A DNA stretch of 64,000 nucleotides from Candidatus Cloacimonadales bacterium (GTDB taxonomy: Bacteria > Cloacimonadota > Cloacimonadia > Cloacimonadales > DAONDQ01), in NCBI GenBank assembly GCA_963662275.1, contig OY759316.1, positions 608,001 to 672,000 on the forward strand, read 5' to 3'. Shown piece by piece: positions 30,255 to 40,156 of this stretch. How positions within the stretch are numbered: the first letter of the stretch is position 1; every line of letters begins with the position of its first letter. Under the pieces are notes generated by a model that saw only the letters and a list, made by a program, of their open reading frames with translations, ran no database searches and was not told where the DNA came from. Made by a program: the position numbers and the translations under genes.

Positions 30255-32105
30255 TCATTTACTCTTAAGAAGTGTCTGGATTGCACCTATGAAATCATCA
30301 TCACTCATCTGTGCAACATCTTGAAGCCGATAGATATGACGACTGTTCAAATCATCCACTCGATAATCATTAAAGTCTTCTAAGATATACTCTTCCGTAC
30401 TATCTTGTTTTCCACCATTCAAGAAAAACCCTTCCCGTAAAACCAGCCCTATCTTCCCATAATCTCCATAGAAATACTCCTGGAGTAGAGGTATGATCTT
30501 ATTATGAAATACATTCTTCAAACCTGACACGTCTTTAATAGACATCAAATAGCTATGCCCGATCATGTGATCTTTATCCACCAGCTTTTCAATGCGTTTA
30601 TTAATCTTCTGAAGCAAGTAATTCAGAGATACACCTGCAATTTCCTTATCCAGTTGAGGTAAATCATACAAAGGCTTCATTTCTTCAAAACAGAACCTTC
30701 TTCGCAAAGCAGTATCCAGAGCTTCAATGCTTCGGTCTGCTGTGTTCATTGTCCCGATGATATAAAGATTTGTCGGTACGCTGAACTTATCATGGCTATA
30801 AGGTAATGTTACTTCTAATGCTTCAGGTTTCCCTTGTCGTTTATCTTCTTCAATCAAGGTAATCAATTCCCCGAATATCTGGGATATATTGCCTCGATTG
30901 ATTTCATCGATGATGAGAACGAAATTAGTATTAGGTTCTGTGGATTCATTTAAATGATGCTTAAGCTTCAAATACTCTATTACACTATACAAGTAACTCT
31001 CCTGGAAAAACTTATGATTACCACTCAGTTGGCTGATCAGTTTTTCTTTTGTTAGAGAACCAGTTAGTTTTGAATCAAGATAGATATTGAGATTATCATG
31101 TCCATTAAGTGATATCTCAAAACTTCTACCTGTTTTTGTTTGTAACTGAATGGTTTCTTTTGCTTGCACAGAGATTTCTCTTATCAAACTCTGATATGCT
31201 TCTTCAAAGTTATTTTGTTTTGGAATATTAGCATTATCACAAATCCTTCTAAAGATTCCTGGTACGACATCATATTTTACATATCCATCATCTTCTGCTG
31301 GTGGTAATGGCTTCAAACCTTCAATAAAATCCTCATAACACATACTTTGATGGAAAGTAGTAAATACAATACGCCCTTTATTGGCATTCTCATCAAAGAG
31401 GGTTTTGATATCCTTACGGGGTTTGTTGCGTATATCTATATTCAGGATTTCGAGAGCTTTATTCACAGTGTTGTATGTCTTTCCAGTACCGGGAGGTCCA
31501 TAGAGTATTTGATTCAATGGAATATCAATTCTTGATTCAAGCATAGTTACCTCCACTTTTTGTACATTTGTCTCTACTTTATTTGGTTCTAATATTACCT
31601 TAAACACATTTTCAAAGTCAGACCACATTTCAATTAGTGCGTTTTTAAGATAAGCTTTTTCTCTATCTGGATCATTTATCAAATCATCCCATGTGACACT
31701 TTTACTTGGAGATAAAAATGCATCCCAATGCATAAAACGCTCATCAACCCTTTGATATTTATTACTGAAATTATCTGCAATATATTCTCGAATATCATTT
31801 TGTATCTCAAGCAACTTATCATTAAGTATTGATTTTTTATTTTGCCTAATTTTGCCATAATGTATATAATACCTGACTTCAACATCTCTATGTTTACCTA
31901 CATGAATTCTCAGAGTTGCATGTGCATTATTAAAATTTGTTTGAAATGATCTCAAATACTTTGAATAACATACAAACCATTTATCTGGACTGGATTGATA
32001 TAATGGTGATACATCCTTCCCTTCGTTTTGCAATTCAATAGCAATCTCTTGCATTAACGTTAGCACTTGATCGATTTTCGTTTTTTCTACAGTATCATCC
32101 ATCAT
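30255..32105 (-). CDS. mcrB: McrB-family AAA+ GTPase with unrecognised N-terminal domain
   Basis: NQILYGPPGTGKT, TFHQS--YEDFIEG, IIDEINRGN, GTMNTADRS (McrB signature), ALRRRF. Confidence 0.93.
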   Translation of the reverse strand: MMDDTVEKTKIDQVLTLMQEIAIELQNEGKDVSPLYQSSPDKWFVCYSKYLRSFQTNFNNAHATLRIHVGKHRDVEVRYYIHYGKIRQNKKSILNDKLLEIQNDIREYIADNFSNKYQRVDERFMHWDAFLSPSKSVTWDDLINDPDREKAYLKNALIEMWSDFENVFKVILEPNKVETNVQKVEVTMLESRIDIPLNQILYGPPGTGKTYNTVNKALEILNIDIRNKPRKDIKTLFDENANKGRIVFTTFHQSMCYEDFIEGLKPLPPAEDDGYVKYDVVPGIFRRICDNANIPKQNNFEEAYQSLIREISVQAKETIQLQTKTGRSFEISLNGHDNLNIYLDSKLTGSLTKEKLISQLSGNHKFFQESYLYSVIEYLKLKHHLNESTEPNTNFVLIIDEINRGNISQIFGELITLIEEDKRQGKPEALEVTLPYSHDKFSVPTNLYIIGTMNTADRSIEALDTALRRRFCFEEMKPLYDLPQLDKEIAGVSLNYLLQKINKRIEKLVDKDHMIGHSYLMSIKDVSGLKNVFHNKIIPLLQEYFYGDYGKIGLVLREGFFLNGGKQDSTEEYILEDFNDYRVDDLNSRHIYRLQDVAQMSDDDFIGAIQTLLKSK

Positions 32106-32171
32106 AATCTAATTCCTAATATTATAAATAATTAACATTCATCATTTATTAATCAACCAAAACTTCCACAC

Positions 32172-32382
32172 CGGAACGCCTGACCCCGTCAGGTGGCAAA
32201 ACGCACCCCGTGCGTTTCCAGTATTCAGTTTATCTCACAAGCAATTTATTCGCTTTCAATATATAATGTCAAATAGTTTTTCAGCTCATAAAGTCTTCAT
32301 TTCTTTTATCATAAGCAGTTGTATACCCCAGTCTCGTAGCGCACGGGGTGCGCTGTGCCACCTCACGGGGTGAGGCGTTCCG
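32172..32382. repeat. REPIN/MITE-like long hairpin element, copy 2
   Basis: Direct repeat of 28792-29002 with a compensatory change CCTCAC/GTGAGG to CCTGAC/GTCAGG. Confidence 0.9.
32243..32272 (-). promoter_or_regulatory. Sigma70-like promoter inside hairpin element copy 2, facing mcrB (equivalents at 28863-28892 and 33127-33156)
   Basis: Minus strand TTGACA-18nt-TAAATT, conserved in all three copies. Confidence 0.6.
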
Positions 32383-33004
32383 AATTTCTCAGCCAAGACC
32401 ATCTCCACATTTCCGGTGTTTCAACCAATCCTGCTTTGACGGGATTCATCATGATGTAATTTATTATATTCATCATCTCCTGCTCATTCCGTACGCAATA
32501 ATCAAAATACTCCCTTTGCCAAAACCTTCCACTTTTCTCCAAATGAATATTGATCTCTTTCGCTGTTCTCATTTTCAGCAAATGCATGATGTCAGAAAGT
32601 GTGTGTTGCATGTGATTCTCATCCTGTAGCGGTTGAAACAGAACATGTACATGATTTGGCATAATAGTATAGCAGATCAATTGAATGTAATCATTATTCA
32701 TGATTTTCAACTGGTTGTTAATAATTTCAGCAATTGGATTTTCTGATAGATTAGTTGTAGTGGTTATGCTCTTTGCCAGGAGTTCATCATAAAATCCAAA
32801 CACTTTCTTTTGAATTACGTTCTTGAAATTAGAACCTTGCGTTATTGTCCTATCCAATTCAATTTGATATGAATTTAATTGATCTATGAAAGATTTAGGA
32901 AGTGAGTTTGCGATACGAAATGTAACAAATAAATATCCATCTTCCGGTTGCATATGTGGAAGTCGTCGCCAATAGAACGAATGATCAATTTCCTTTTCCA
33001 ACAT
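32363..33004 (-). CDS. REP-associated tyrosine transposase (RAYT; Y1 HUH, IS200 TnpA-like)
   Basis: RRLPH...YLFVTFR, YTIMPNHVHVL (HUH), FWQREYFD, YI--NPVKAGLV...W-WS; flanked by hairpin elements. Confidence 0.92.
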   Translation of the reverse strand: MLEKEIDHSFYWRRLPHMQPEDGYLFVTFRIANSLPKSFIDQLNSYQIELDRTITQGSNFKNVIQKKVFGFYDELLAKSITTTTNLSENPIAEIINNQLKIMNNDYIQLICYTIMPNHVHVLFQPLQDENHMQHTLSDIMHLLKMRTAKEINIHLEKSGRFWQREYFDYCVRNEQEMMNIINYIMMNPVKAGLVETPEMWRWSWLRNSERLTP

Positions 33005-33055
33005 AAATCCCCCCTTTGTAACCCGGAACGTCTGACATTCGGAACGCTTGACTTT

Positions 33056-33267
33056 CGGAGCGCCTCACCCCGTGAGGTGGCATAACGCACCCCGTGCGTT
33101 TCCAATCTTCAGTTTATATCACATGCAATTTATTCGCTTTCAATATGTAATGTCAAATAGTTTTTCCTTAAATAACAGTCATTCCTTCTTATCTTACAAA
33201 CATTGGCACTCAACAGTCTCTCAGCGCACGGGGTGCGCTGTGCCACCTCACGGGGTGAGGCGTTCCG
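33056..33267. repeat. REPIN/MITE-like long hairpin element, copy 3 (diverged core)
   Basis: Same arms as copies 1 and 2; the core has diverged except around the promoter; preceded by CGGAACGYYTGACWTT stutters at 33024-33055. Confidence 0.88.
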
Positions 33268-33590
33268 AATCCCTCAGCTACTTATGTTGGGGGAATTGTG
33301 GTTTCTTCTTTCTTATTATCCATAATAATATTTTTGGTTTTGATGAGTATTATGTCAATGCTTAATTTGAGATGTATCGTTGTAACATTGAGTGGCACTC
33401 TGTTGTATGAGTGGATTGGTAATCCCCGAAATCAAGCAGAATTCGACAATGCCATTATCGAAAACAACAAATTATCAATTTATGTTACAGCAATTTGATT
33501 GTATCATATTATCTCCTGAATTTTGTAACTTTAGGAGTCTGCTCAGAGTCATTGTGATGCAATCCCAACTACTTTGCCAAAAGACTATAC

Positions 33591-33711
33591 CCATTTCAAT
33601 CCTGTTTCATACCAGTTTCATTCCTGTTTCATACCAGTTTCATTCCTGTTTCAGCAAACTGGTATGAGATTGGTATGGGATTGGTACGAACTTGGATTTA
33701 ACTTGGTATAA
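33591..33711. repeat. Degenerate 11-bp tandem repeats in inverted arrangement
   Basis: CCWGTTTCATW x~6 followed by reverse-oriented AAACTGGTATG/GATTGGTATG-type units. Confidence 0.65.
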
Positions 33712-34026
33712 TTCATGTGGAATGATAGTGGATATGTAGTTAGACTCTGTAGAAAAAAGTCTGAGAAGAACTAACTCCCTATTGCAGAAGGTGCCAGGGA
33801 TAAGAGAACAACTAACTCTGCACTTCGGCTGCGCTCAGTGCAAGCCTAACCCCTACCTTAATAAATGAGAGGGGAACCAGAGTAGAACTCACCCTGCGAT
33901 TTGTCCTTTTTGGACGTTTTCAATAAAAATATTGACATATTAGCTTTTATCGATAAATTTCCTATTATCATAAATGCTGAGTTGCTGAACAACCCTGGTT
34001 GAGGGTTACTATGAAAGAAAATCCCA

Positions 34027-34707
34027 ATGAACCTTGGAGCAGGTATGAAAAACATCTATGTATTTATTATTATCATCTTTTTGTGTTCTATGTTATTCTC
34101 TATCGACAAGACTCATGTTTCATCGCCAAACACTTTTATCGATCAATTCCCTGATTCAGAGATATCATCCATACAAGGCGGATTAGCAGATTTTATCAGC
34201 AAAATTCCGCAGGATAGACTTTCTGATTATGGTTTCGCAAATGATGCAGAACTTGGTGTTACCAGGCTTGGGATGCCTTTCCGGTTGTATTTTATTAAAC
34301 CTGAATCCATCCTGGATTATCGGAAAAGTACGACAATCAATCAGATATTAGTAAAGACTTCCCAATGGTATTTTCCTGTTCTGGTTAATCAGGAAATACA
34401 AGCCATGCTGGTTGTTGAAGAGTCCTCCGATGGACATTTAACTCCAGTTTCCTTTGGATATGTTCCTCTTGCAAATTACCTGGATCAGGCATTCACTTCA
34501 AAGGATTGGAAAGCTTCGAATGATATAAAACTGGTTGTTGTCTACCAGGCTAAGGAGTTTTTCCTGGCAAAGCCGATAACAGAACCACAAAAACTCTATC
34601 CTTTGCAGTATGAGCAAAAAAAAGGATTGTCTCTCAACAACGATTTGGGCTACAATTTGGATAGAATTCGCCTGCAAGTTGATGCTAACATGAAGGGAGG
34701 ATTCTGA
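34027..34707 (+). CDS. Secreted hypothetical protein
   Basis: Signal peptide after the probable start MKNIYVF; 2 nt from the downstream peptidase; TTGACA-16-TAAATT upstream at 33932-33959. Confidence 0.7.
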   Translation: MNLGAGMKNIYVFIIIIFLCSMLFSIDKTHVSSPNTFIDQFPDSEISSIQGGLADFISKIPQDRLSDYGFANDAELGVTRLGMPFRLYFIKPESILDYRKSTTINQILVKTSQWYFPVLVNQEIQAMLVVEESSDGHLTPVSFGYVPLANYLDQAFTSKDWKASNDIKLVVVYQAKEFFLAKPITEPQKLYPLQYEQKKGLSLNNDLGYNLDRIRLQVDANMKGGF

Positions 34708-34709
34708 TC

Positions 34710-35762
34710 ATGAAAACAATACTTTTCAAAAAACTCAGATTTTTGTTTTTCTTTCTCACATGCAGCGCAGTCAGTTTACATAGTCTCGTTCTCAGTGTTG
34801 AACAGGTATATCAGAACCAGACTCAGTGGTGTTGGGCAGGAACATCAAAAGCAGTGCTTGATTATTATGGATTCAACTATACGCAGGAACAAATCGCACT
34901 GTATGGAACCAATGGCACAAATGATTGGAATTGGCTGTATGGGGAATCCAGCGGTCCCACACGCAGGGGAATCAATCTCATTCTGATGCATTTCGGCTCA
35001 CTTGCCACGACAAGTTATACCAGAGCCTTGACATTGAGTGAATCTACAGCAAAAATCAATGAAGTAAAGCCGTTTTTCATACGTTGGGGATGGAGTTCCG
35101 GAGGGGGACATTTCGTGGTAGGTCATGGCTTTTCCGGAAGTACATTATACCTGATGGATCCCTGGTATGGTCCAACAATCAATACATATAGTTGGGTGGT
35201 GAGCGGTAGTTCCCATACCTGGACACATAGCCTGACTCTTGTGAATCCACCCGCTGTTGCATTACCTAAGAATCCCGCTCCAGCAAATTCTGCTAATAGT
35301 ATATCAACAAATGCAGCTATCAGTTGGACAAATATAGATGCTGCCGAGACAGTTCAAGTGTATTTCGGTACTGAAAATCCACCCACGCACAGTGTTTATT
35401 CCGGCAGTGTCATATCCAGCCTGACCAATACCCAGATTGGCGGGCTATTATCTGCTTATTCAAATTACTACTGGAAAGTGAACGCCACCAGGGGTTCATA
35501 TTCATATGACGGAACAGTTTGGTCGTTTCAGACCCTTTTACCTTCTCTTCCCGATGTTACAGAAATCAATGTGAATCGGACTGGAGATTTGGTAAGTATG
35601 ACTTGGAATCCTGTAACAGGTGCTAATTTCTATCGGATTTATGTAGCAGATGAACCAGATCCCGCAAGCTGGGGAAGTCCTATCGCAACGGTGAATACTA
35701 ACCGGTATAGCGAAACCAGTGCGGTAAAGAAATTCTATCTGGTAGTTGCTTCGAGTGAATGA
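34710..35762 (+). CDS. Secreted papain-fold cysteine peptidase (C39-like) with C-terminal beta-sandwich domains
   Basis: Q--TQWCWAG, GGHFVVGHG, LMDPW catalytic pattern; signal peptide. Confidence 0.8.
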   Translation: MKTILFKKLRFLFFFLTCSAVSLHSLVLSVEQVYQNQTQWCWAGTSKAVLDYYGFNYTQEQIALYGTNGTNDWNWLYGESSGPTRRGINLILMHFGSLATTSYTRALTLSESTAKINEVKPFFIRWGWSSGGGHFVVGHGFSGSTLYLMDPWYGPTINTYSWVVSGSSHTWTHSLTLVNPPAVALPKNPAPANSANSISTNAAISWTNIDAAETVQVYFGTENPPTHSVYSGSVISSLTNTQIGGLLSAYSNYYWKVNATRGSYSYDGTVWSFQTLLPSLPDVTEINVNRTGDLVSMTWNPVTGANFYRIYVADEPDPASWGSPIATVNTNRYSETSAVKKFYLVVASSE

Positions 35763-35868
35763 CAGCGTACAGCGTACAGCGTACAGGGTACAGGGAACAG
35801 GGAGGCTAGAGGTTTCTTTTTTGGCATCTTTTATACAAAATGCTCAATTGCAAATTATAGGGGAGAAT

Positions 35869-36306
35869 ATGGAACAGGATGTATTTATCAGGATTATGAA
35901 ATCAAAATATGAAATGAAAATCTTTGTAGCAGGTGAATTAATCAATACTTTCCAGGTAGGAATCGGAGAGAATATCGGTGATAAGGAAATTGCCGGTGAT
36001 AAACGCACACCGGAAGGTCTTTTCAAAGTTGTCAGTATCGAAGATTCATCGAGTTGGACACATGATTTCGCAGATGGGAAAGGAACGATCAAAAATGCCT
36101 ATGGACCATGGTTCATTCGTTTGAGTACATCGGCATTGGAGACTATTTCAGGCAAGACTTGGATAGGGATTGGGATTCATGGAACACATGATCCGAATAG
36201 CATTGGCACTCTTTGCACAGAGGGATGCATTCGCTTGAATAACGCTGATTTATTGAAACTGGTACAGGTCGTTGGTGTAGGTTCGAAAGTGGAGATATAT
36301 TATTAA
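35869..36306 (+). CDS. L,D-transpeptidase (YkuD family)
   Basis: GD-RTPEG-F, YGPWFIRL, IGIHGT, TEGCIRL-N. Start moved to ATG 35869 behind GGGAGA. Confidence 0.9.
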   Translation: MEQDVFIRIMKSKYEMKIFVAGELINTFQVGIGENIGDKEIAGDKRTPEGLFKVVSIEDSSSWTHDFADGKGTIKNAYGPWFIRLSTSALETISGKTWIGIGIHGTHDPNSIGTLCTEGCIRLNNADLLKLVQVVGVGSKVEIYY

Positions 36307-36342
36307 AGAAGAGGAGGATAGTGTGCTGCTCTGTGTATAGAT

Positions 36343-37598
36343 AGATATTCAGTAGGATCGGAATCCTACTCCACGTTTTAGTCAGAAATTCAGTAGGATT
36401 GGAATCCTACTCCACGTTTTAGTCAGATATCCAGTAGGATTGGAATCCTACTCCACGTTTGGACAGATATTCAGTAGGATTGGAATCCTACTCCACGTTT
36501 TAGTCAGATATCCAGTAGGATTGGAATCCTACTCCACGTTTGGACAGATATTCAGTAGGATTGGAATCCTACTCCACGTTTTAGTCAGATATCCAGTAGG
36601 ATTGGAATCCTACTCCACGTTTGGACAGATATTCAGTAGGATTGGAATCCTACTCCACGTTTGGACAGATATTCAGTAGGATCGGAATCCTACTCCACGT
36701 TTTAGTCAGATATCCAGTAGGATCGGAATCCTACTCCACCCTTTGTTTTAGTCAGATATCCAGTAGGATTGGAATCCTACTCCACGTTTTAGTCAGATAT
36801 TCAGTAGGATTGGAATCCTACTCCACGTTTAGTCAAATATTCAGTAGGATCGGAATCCTACTCCACGTTTGGACAGATATTCAGTAGGATTGGAATCCTA
36901 CTCCACGTTTTAGTCAGATATCCAGTAGGATTGGAATCCTACTCCACGTTTGGACAGATATTCAGTAGGATTGGAATCCTACTCCATGTTTTAGTCAGAT
37001 ATCCAGTAGGATTGGAATCCTACTCCACGTTTAGATAGATATTCAGTAGGATCGGAATCCTACTCCACGTTTTAGTCAGATATCCAGTAGGATTGGAATC
37101 CTACTCCACGTTTGGACAGATATTCAGTAGGATTGGAATCCTACTCCACGTTTTAGTCAGATATCCAGTAGGATCGGAATCCTACTCCACCCTTTGTTTT
37201 AGTCAGATATCCAGTAGGATCGGAATCCTACTCCACGTTTGGACAGATATTCAGTAGGATTGGAATCCTACTCCATGTTTTAGTCAGATATCCAGTAGGA
37301 TTGGAATCCTACTCCACGTTTAGATAGATATTCAGTAGGATCGGAATCCTACTCCACGTTTTAGTCAGATATCCAGTAGGATCGGAATCCTACTCCACGT
37401 TTTAGTCAGATATCCAGTAGGATTGGAATCCTACTCCACGTTTGGACAGATATTCAGTAGGATTGGAATCCTACTCCACGTTTTAGTCAGATATTCAGTA
37501 GGATTGGAATCTTACTCCACGTTTTAGTCAGATATCCAGTAGGATTGGAATCCTACTTTTTAGTCAGATATCCAGTAGGATCGGAATCCTACTCCACG
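36343..37598. repeat. Tandem array of 31 palindromic 40/41-bp units
   Basis: Core CAGTAGGAT(T/C)GGAATCCTACTCCACG (8-bp stem, 4-nt loop) with linkers TTTTAGTCAGATATC or TTTGGACAGATATT; no unique spacers. Confidence 0.95.
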
Positions 37599-37605
37599 TG
37601 CTAGG

Positions 37606-39351
37606 TTATTTTGCTTTCTTCTCGATTTTAGCCCACGTATCTTTTAAGGTAACGATTCGATTATAAATTGCTTTTCCAGGCGTTGAATCCTTATCTTTGA
37701 TAAAATAACCTTGTCTCATGAATTGAAATCTTTCCCCTATCTCGGCAGTACCAATACATGGTTCAGCAAGAGCTGTATCGATCGTCACAAGAGAATCAGG
37801 ATTGAGATAGTCTTTGTGTGTTTTACCTGGTGGTGTTTCCATGGGATTGGGTATTGTAAACAACTGATCATATTGCCTTAATTGCACAGGAACGGCATCA
37901 TATGCAGAAACCCAATGCAATGTTCCTCTCACTTTTCTTTCATCAGGGGTATAACCACCACGCGATTCGGGATCATATGTACAATGTAGTTCAGTGATTA
38001 TTCCGGTATCTGCATCTTTGATCACTTTCACACAAGTGATGTAATATGTATGTTTCAGGCGCACTTCTGCACCTGGAGCAAGACGAAACCATTTATGAGG
38101 TGCATCTTCCTTGAAATCATCCCTTTCAATATATATGTTCTTAGAGAATTTGATCTTTCTTTTACCTGCATTTAAATCTTCAGCATTATTATCTGCTTCA
38201 AATTCTTCCACCAAATCCTCAGGATAATTATCAATCACAACTTTCAGCGGATCAATGACTACCATTGCTCTGTTGGCATGAAGATTGAGATCTTCACGTA
38301 CACAGAATTGCAGTAATTCGTAATCGACAATACTGCTGGCTTTCGCTACCCCGATACGTTCACAAAGATCACGTATGGATTCAGGTGTAAAACCACGGCG
38401 ACGTAATCCAGCAATAGTCGGCATACGTGGATCATCCCAGCCATTCACAATTCCGCTTTCCACAAGCTCACGCAGGATACGCTTGCTCATGACAGTATAA
38501 GTCAGGTTTAATCGTGCAAATTCAATTTGTCGCGGATGGCATGGTACAAGCAATTGATCCAGGAACCAATCATAAAGAGGTCTGTGATCTTCAAACTCTA
38601 AAGTACAAATAGAATGTGTAATTCCTTCGATAGCATCAGAAATACAATGTGTATAATCATACATTGGATAGATCAGCCAGTCATTTCCGGTTCGATGATG
38701 ATGTGCTCTTTTAATGCGATAGATCACAGGATCACGCATATTCACATTGGGAGAAGACATATCTATCTTTGCACGTAGCGATTTTGTACCTTCCTCAAAT
38801 TCTCCGGCTCTCATTCTCCTGAACAAATCTAAGTTCTCTTCGATGGAACGCTCTCGACAGGGGCTATTTGTACCTGGAACAGTCAGAGTGCCACGATATG
38901 TACGCATTTCTTCCTGGTTCAGATCACATACGAATGCTTTTCCATCTTTGATTAGCATTTCAGCATATGCATATAGTTGTTCATAGTAATCAGAAGCATA
39001 AAAGAGTTTGTCTTTCCAGTCAAACCCTAGCCAGCGAACATCATCCATAATAGAATCAACATATTCCACATCTTCAGCACTGGGATTAGTATCATCAAAA
39101 CGTAAATGACAAATACCCAGATAATCCCTGGCTAATCCAAAGTTCAGACAAATCGATTTGGCATGACCAATATGCAGATAACCATTAGGTTCTGGAGGAA
39201 AACGAGTCACAATACTTTTGTGTTTTCCTGACTTCAAATCTTCATCGATAATGAAACGAATAAAATTGGAAACAGGATCTTTTTCTTTCCCATCCAATTC
39301 CGCATTGGTGATTTCATTCTTTATTAGTTCAGTCATTTTTATATCCTTCAA
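37606..39351 (-). CDS. glnS: Glutamine--tRNA ligase
   Basis: [48 protein letters not shown]. Confidence 0.96.
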   Translation of the reverse strand: MKDIKMTELIKNEITNAELDGKEKDPVSNFIRFIIDEDLKSGKHKSIVTRFPPEPNGYLHIGHAKSICLNFGLARDYLGICHLRFDDTNPSAEDVEYVDSIMDDVRWLGFDWKDKLFYASDYYEQLYAYAEMLIKDGKAFVCDLNQEEMRTYRGTLTVPGTNSPCRERSIEENLDLFRRMRAGEFEEGTKSLRAKIDMSSPNVNMRDPVIYRIKRAHHHRTGNDWLIYPMYDYTHCISDAIEGITHSICTLEFEDHRPLYDWFLDQLLVPCHPRQIEFARLNLTYTVMSKRILRELVESGIVNGWDDPRMPTIAGLRRRGFTPESIRDLCERIGVAKASSIVDYELLQFCVREDLNLHANRAMVVIDPLKVVIDNYPEDLVEEFEADNNAEDLNAGKRKIKFSKNIYIERDDFKEDAPHKWFRLAPGAEVRLKHTYYITCVKVIKDADTGIITELHCTYDPESRGGYTPDERKVRGTLHWVSAYDAVPVQLRQYDQLFTIPNPMETPPGKTHKDYLNPDSLVTIDTALAEPCIGTAEIGERFQFMRQGYFIKDKDSTPGKAIYNRIVTLKDTWAKIEKKAK

Positions 39352-39380
39352 AGGAAATTTTGATTAATGCTGCGAGGGCA

Positions 39381-39992
39381 TTAAAAATTAGCAAATGCCT
39401 CTCTTTTCTTGACTCTAATTCTTTTCGGGGGTTTTGCAACAAAAGAACCGAGTATCACTCCCATAACTAATGACCACAAAGCAGCTAAACCAATCTGGTA
39501 GATTTGTGGTAATATAAAAGTAATTGTATGAGCTGGGATCCAGAACCAGATTAAAGTTAACATCGCAGAATCTAAATTGCTCCAGTTCTTGTTAAAAAGG
39601 AACATATTATCCAGGATACGATGTAAAATAACCAGGAATAAACCAAATTGAAGGTTCATACATACTGATTTGGCAAAGGCATTTAAAAAGATAGATTCTT
39701 TAAAAGCCAAAGGTAATAAGGAATTTGGCTGATGATAAACAAGTGCATCAACAAAACCTTCTGTTCCTACAAAAGCGTATTTGATACATACCGCTAAAAT
39801 AGACCAGGAGATCATTTTCCAAATTGTAGCATTGGAACTAAAAGGATAATAGATCTTCTTTTTTGCAACCCAACGAGCGATGATTTCACCAAATGTTCCT
39901 AATACAGCGAATTGCAGCATTGCTGACCCAATCGGATAAGTAGTCACTAATTGAATATACCAGTTCATTAAATCTCCTAAATAAGTCTTCAA
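39381..39992 (-). CDS. Hypothetical membrane protein (Mpv17/PMP22-like)
   Basis: Several TM helices; FWIPAHTITF motif. Confidence 0.6.
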   Translation of the reverse strand: MKTYLGDLMNWYIQLVTTYPIGSAMLQFAVLGTFGEIIARWVAKKKIYYPFSSNATIWKMISWSILAVCIKYAFVGTEGFVDALVYHQPNSLLPLAFKESIFLNAFAKSVCMNLQFGLFLVILHRILDNMFLFNKNWSNLDSAMLTLIWFWIPAHTITFILPQIYQIGLAALWSLVMGVILGSFVAKPPKRIRVKKREAFANF

Positions 39993-40156
39993 ATTCTAAT
40001 TGATAAATTGACTTAGTTTAGTAAAGAATTATTTTAAAGACATGGAGATAAGTTGAATATTGATTTACTGGGCATAGTGAATCATCAAAAAAAAATTGAA
40101 TAAACTTCCATTGCGTTTTTTTTCCACACATAACTGAGTATACTTTCAAAAAGGAG

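Noticed and set aside
33270..33510. Another cassette gene upstream of hairpin copy 3
   Set aside because: An RBS and ATG exist near 33507 on the minus strand, but the frames I checked hit early stops and no product was recognisable.
36440..36887. ORFs with 27-aa repeats (ESYSTFGQIFSRIGILLHV...)
   Set aside because: By-product of the 81-bp dimer periodicity; TTG starts, no RBS, frames break at unit variants.
36343..37598. CRISPR array
   Set aside because: Linkers are ~14-15 nt and drawn from a few near-identical variants rather than unique spacers; no cas genes in the window.
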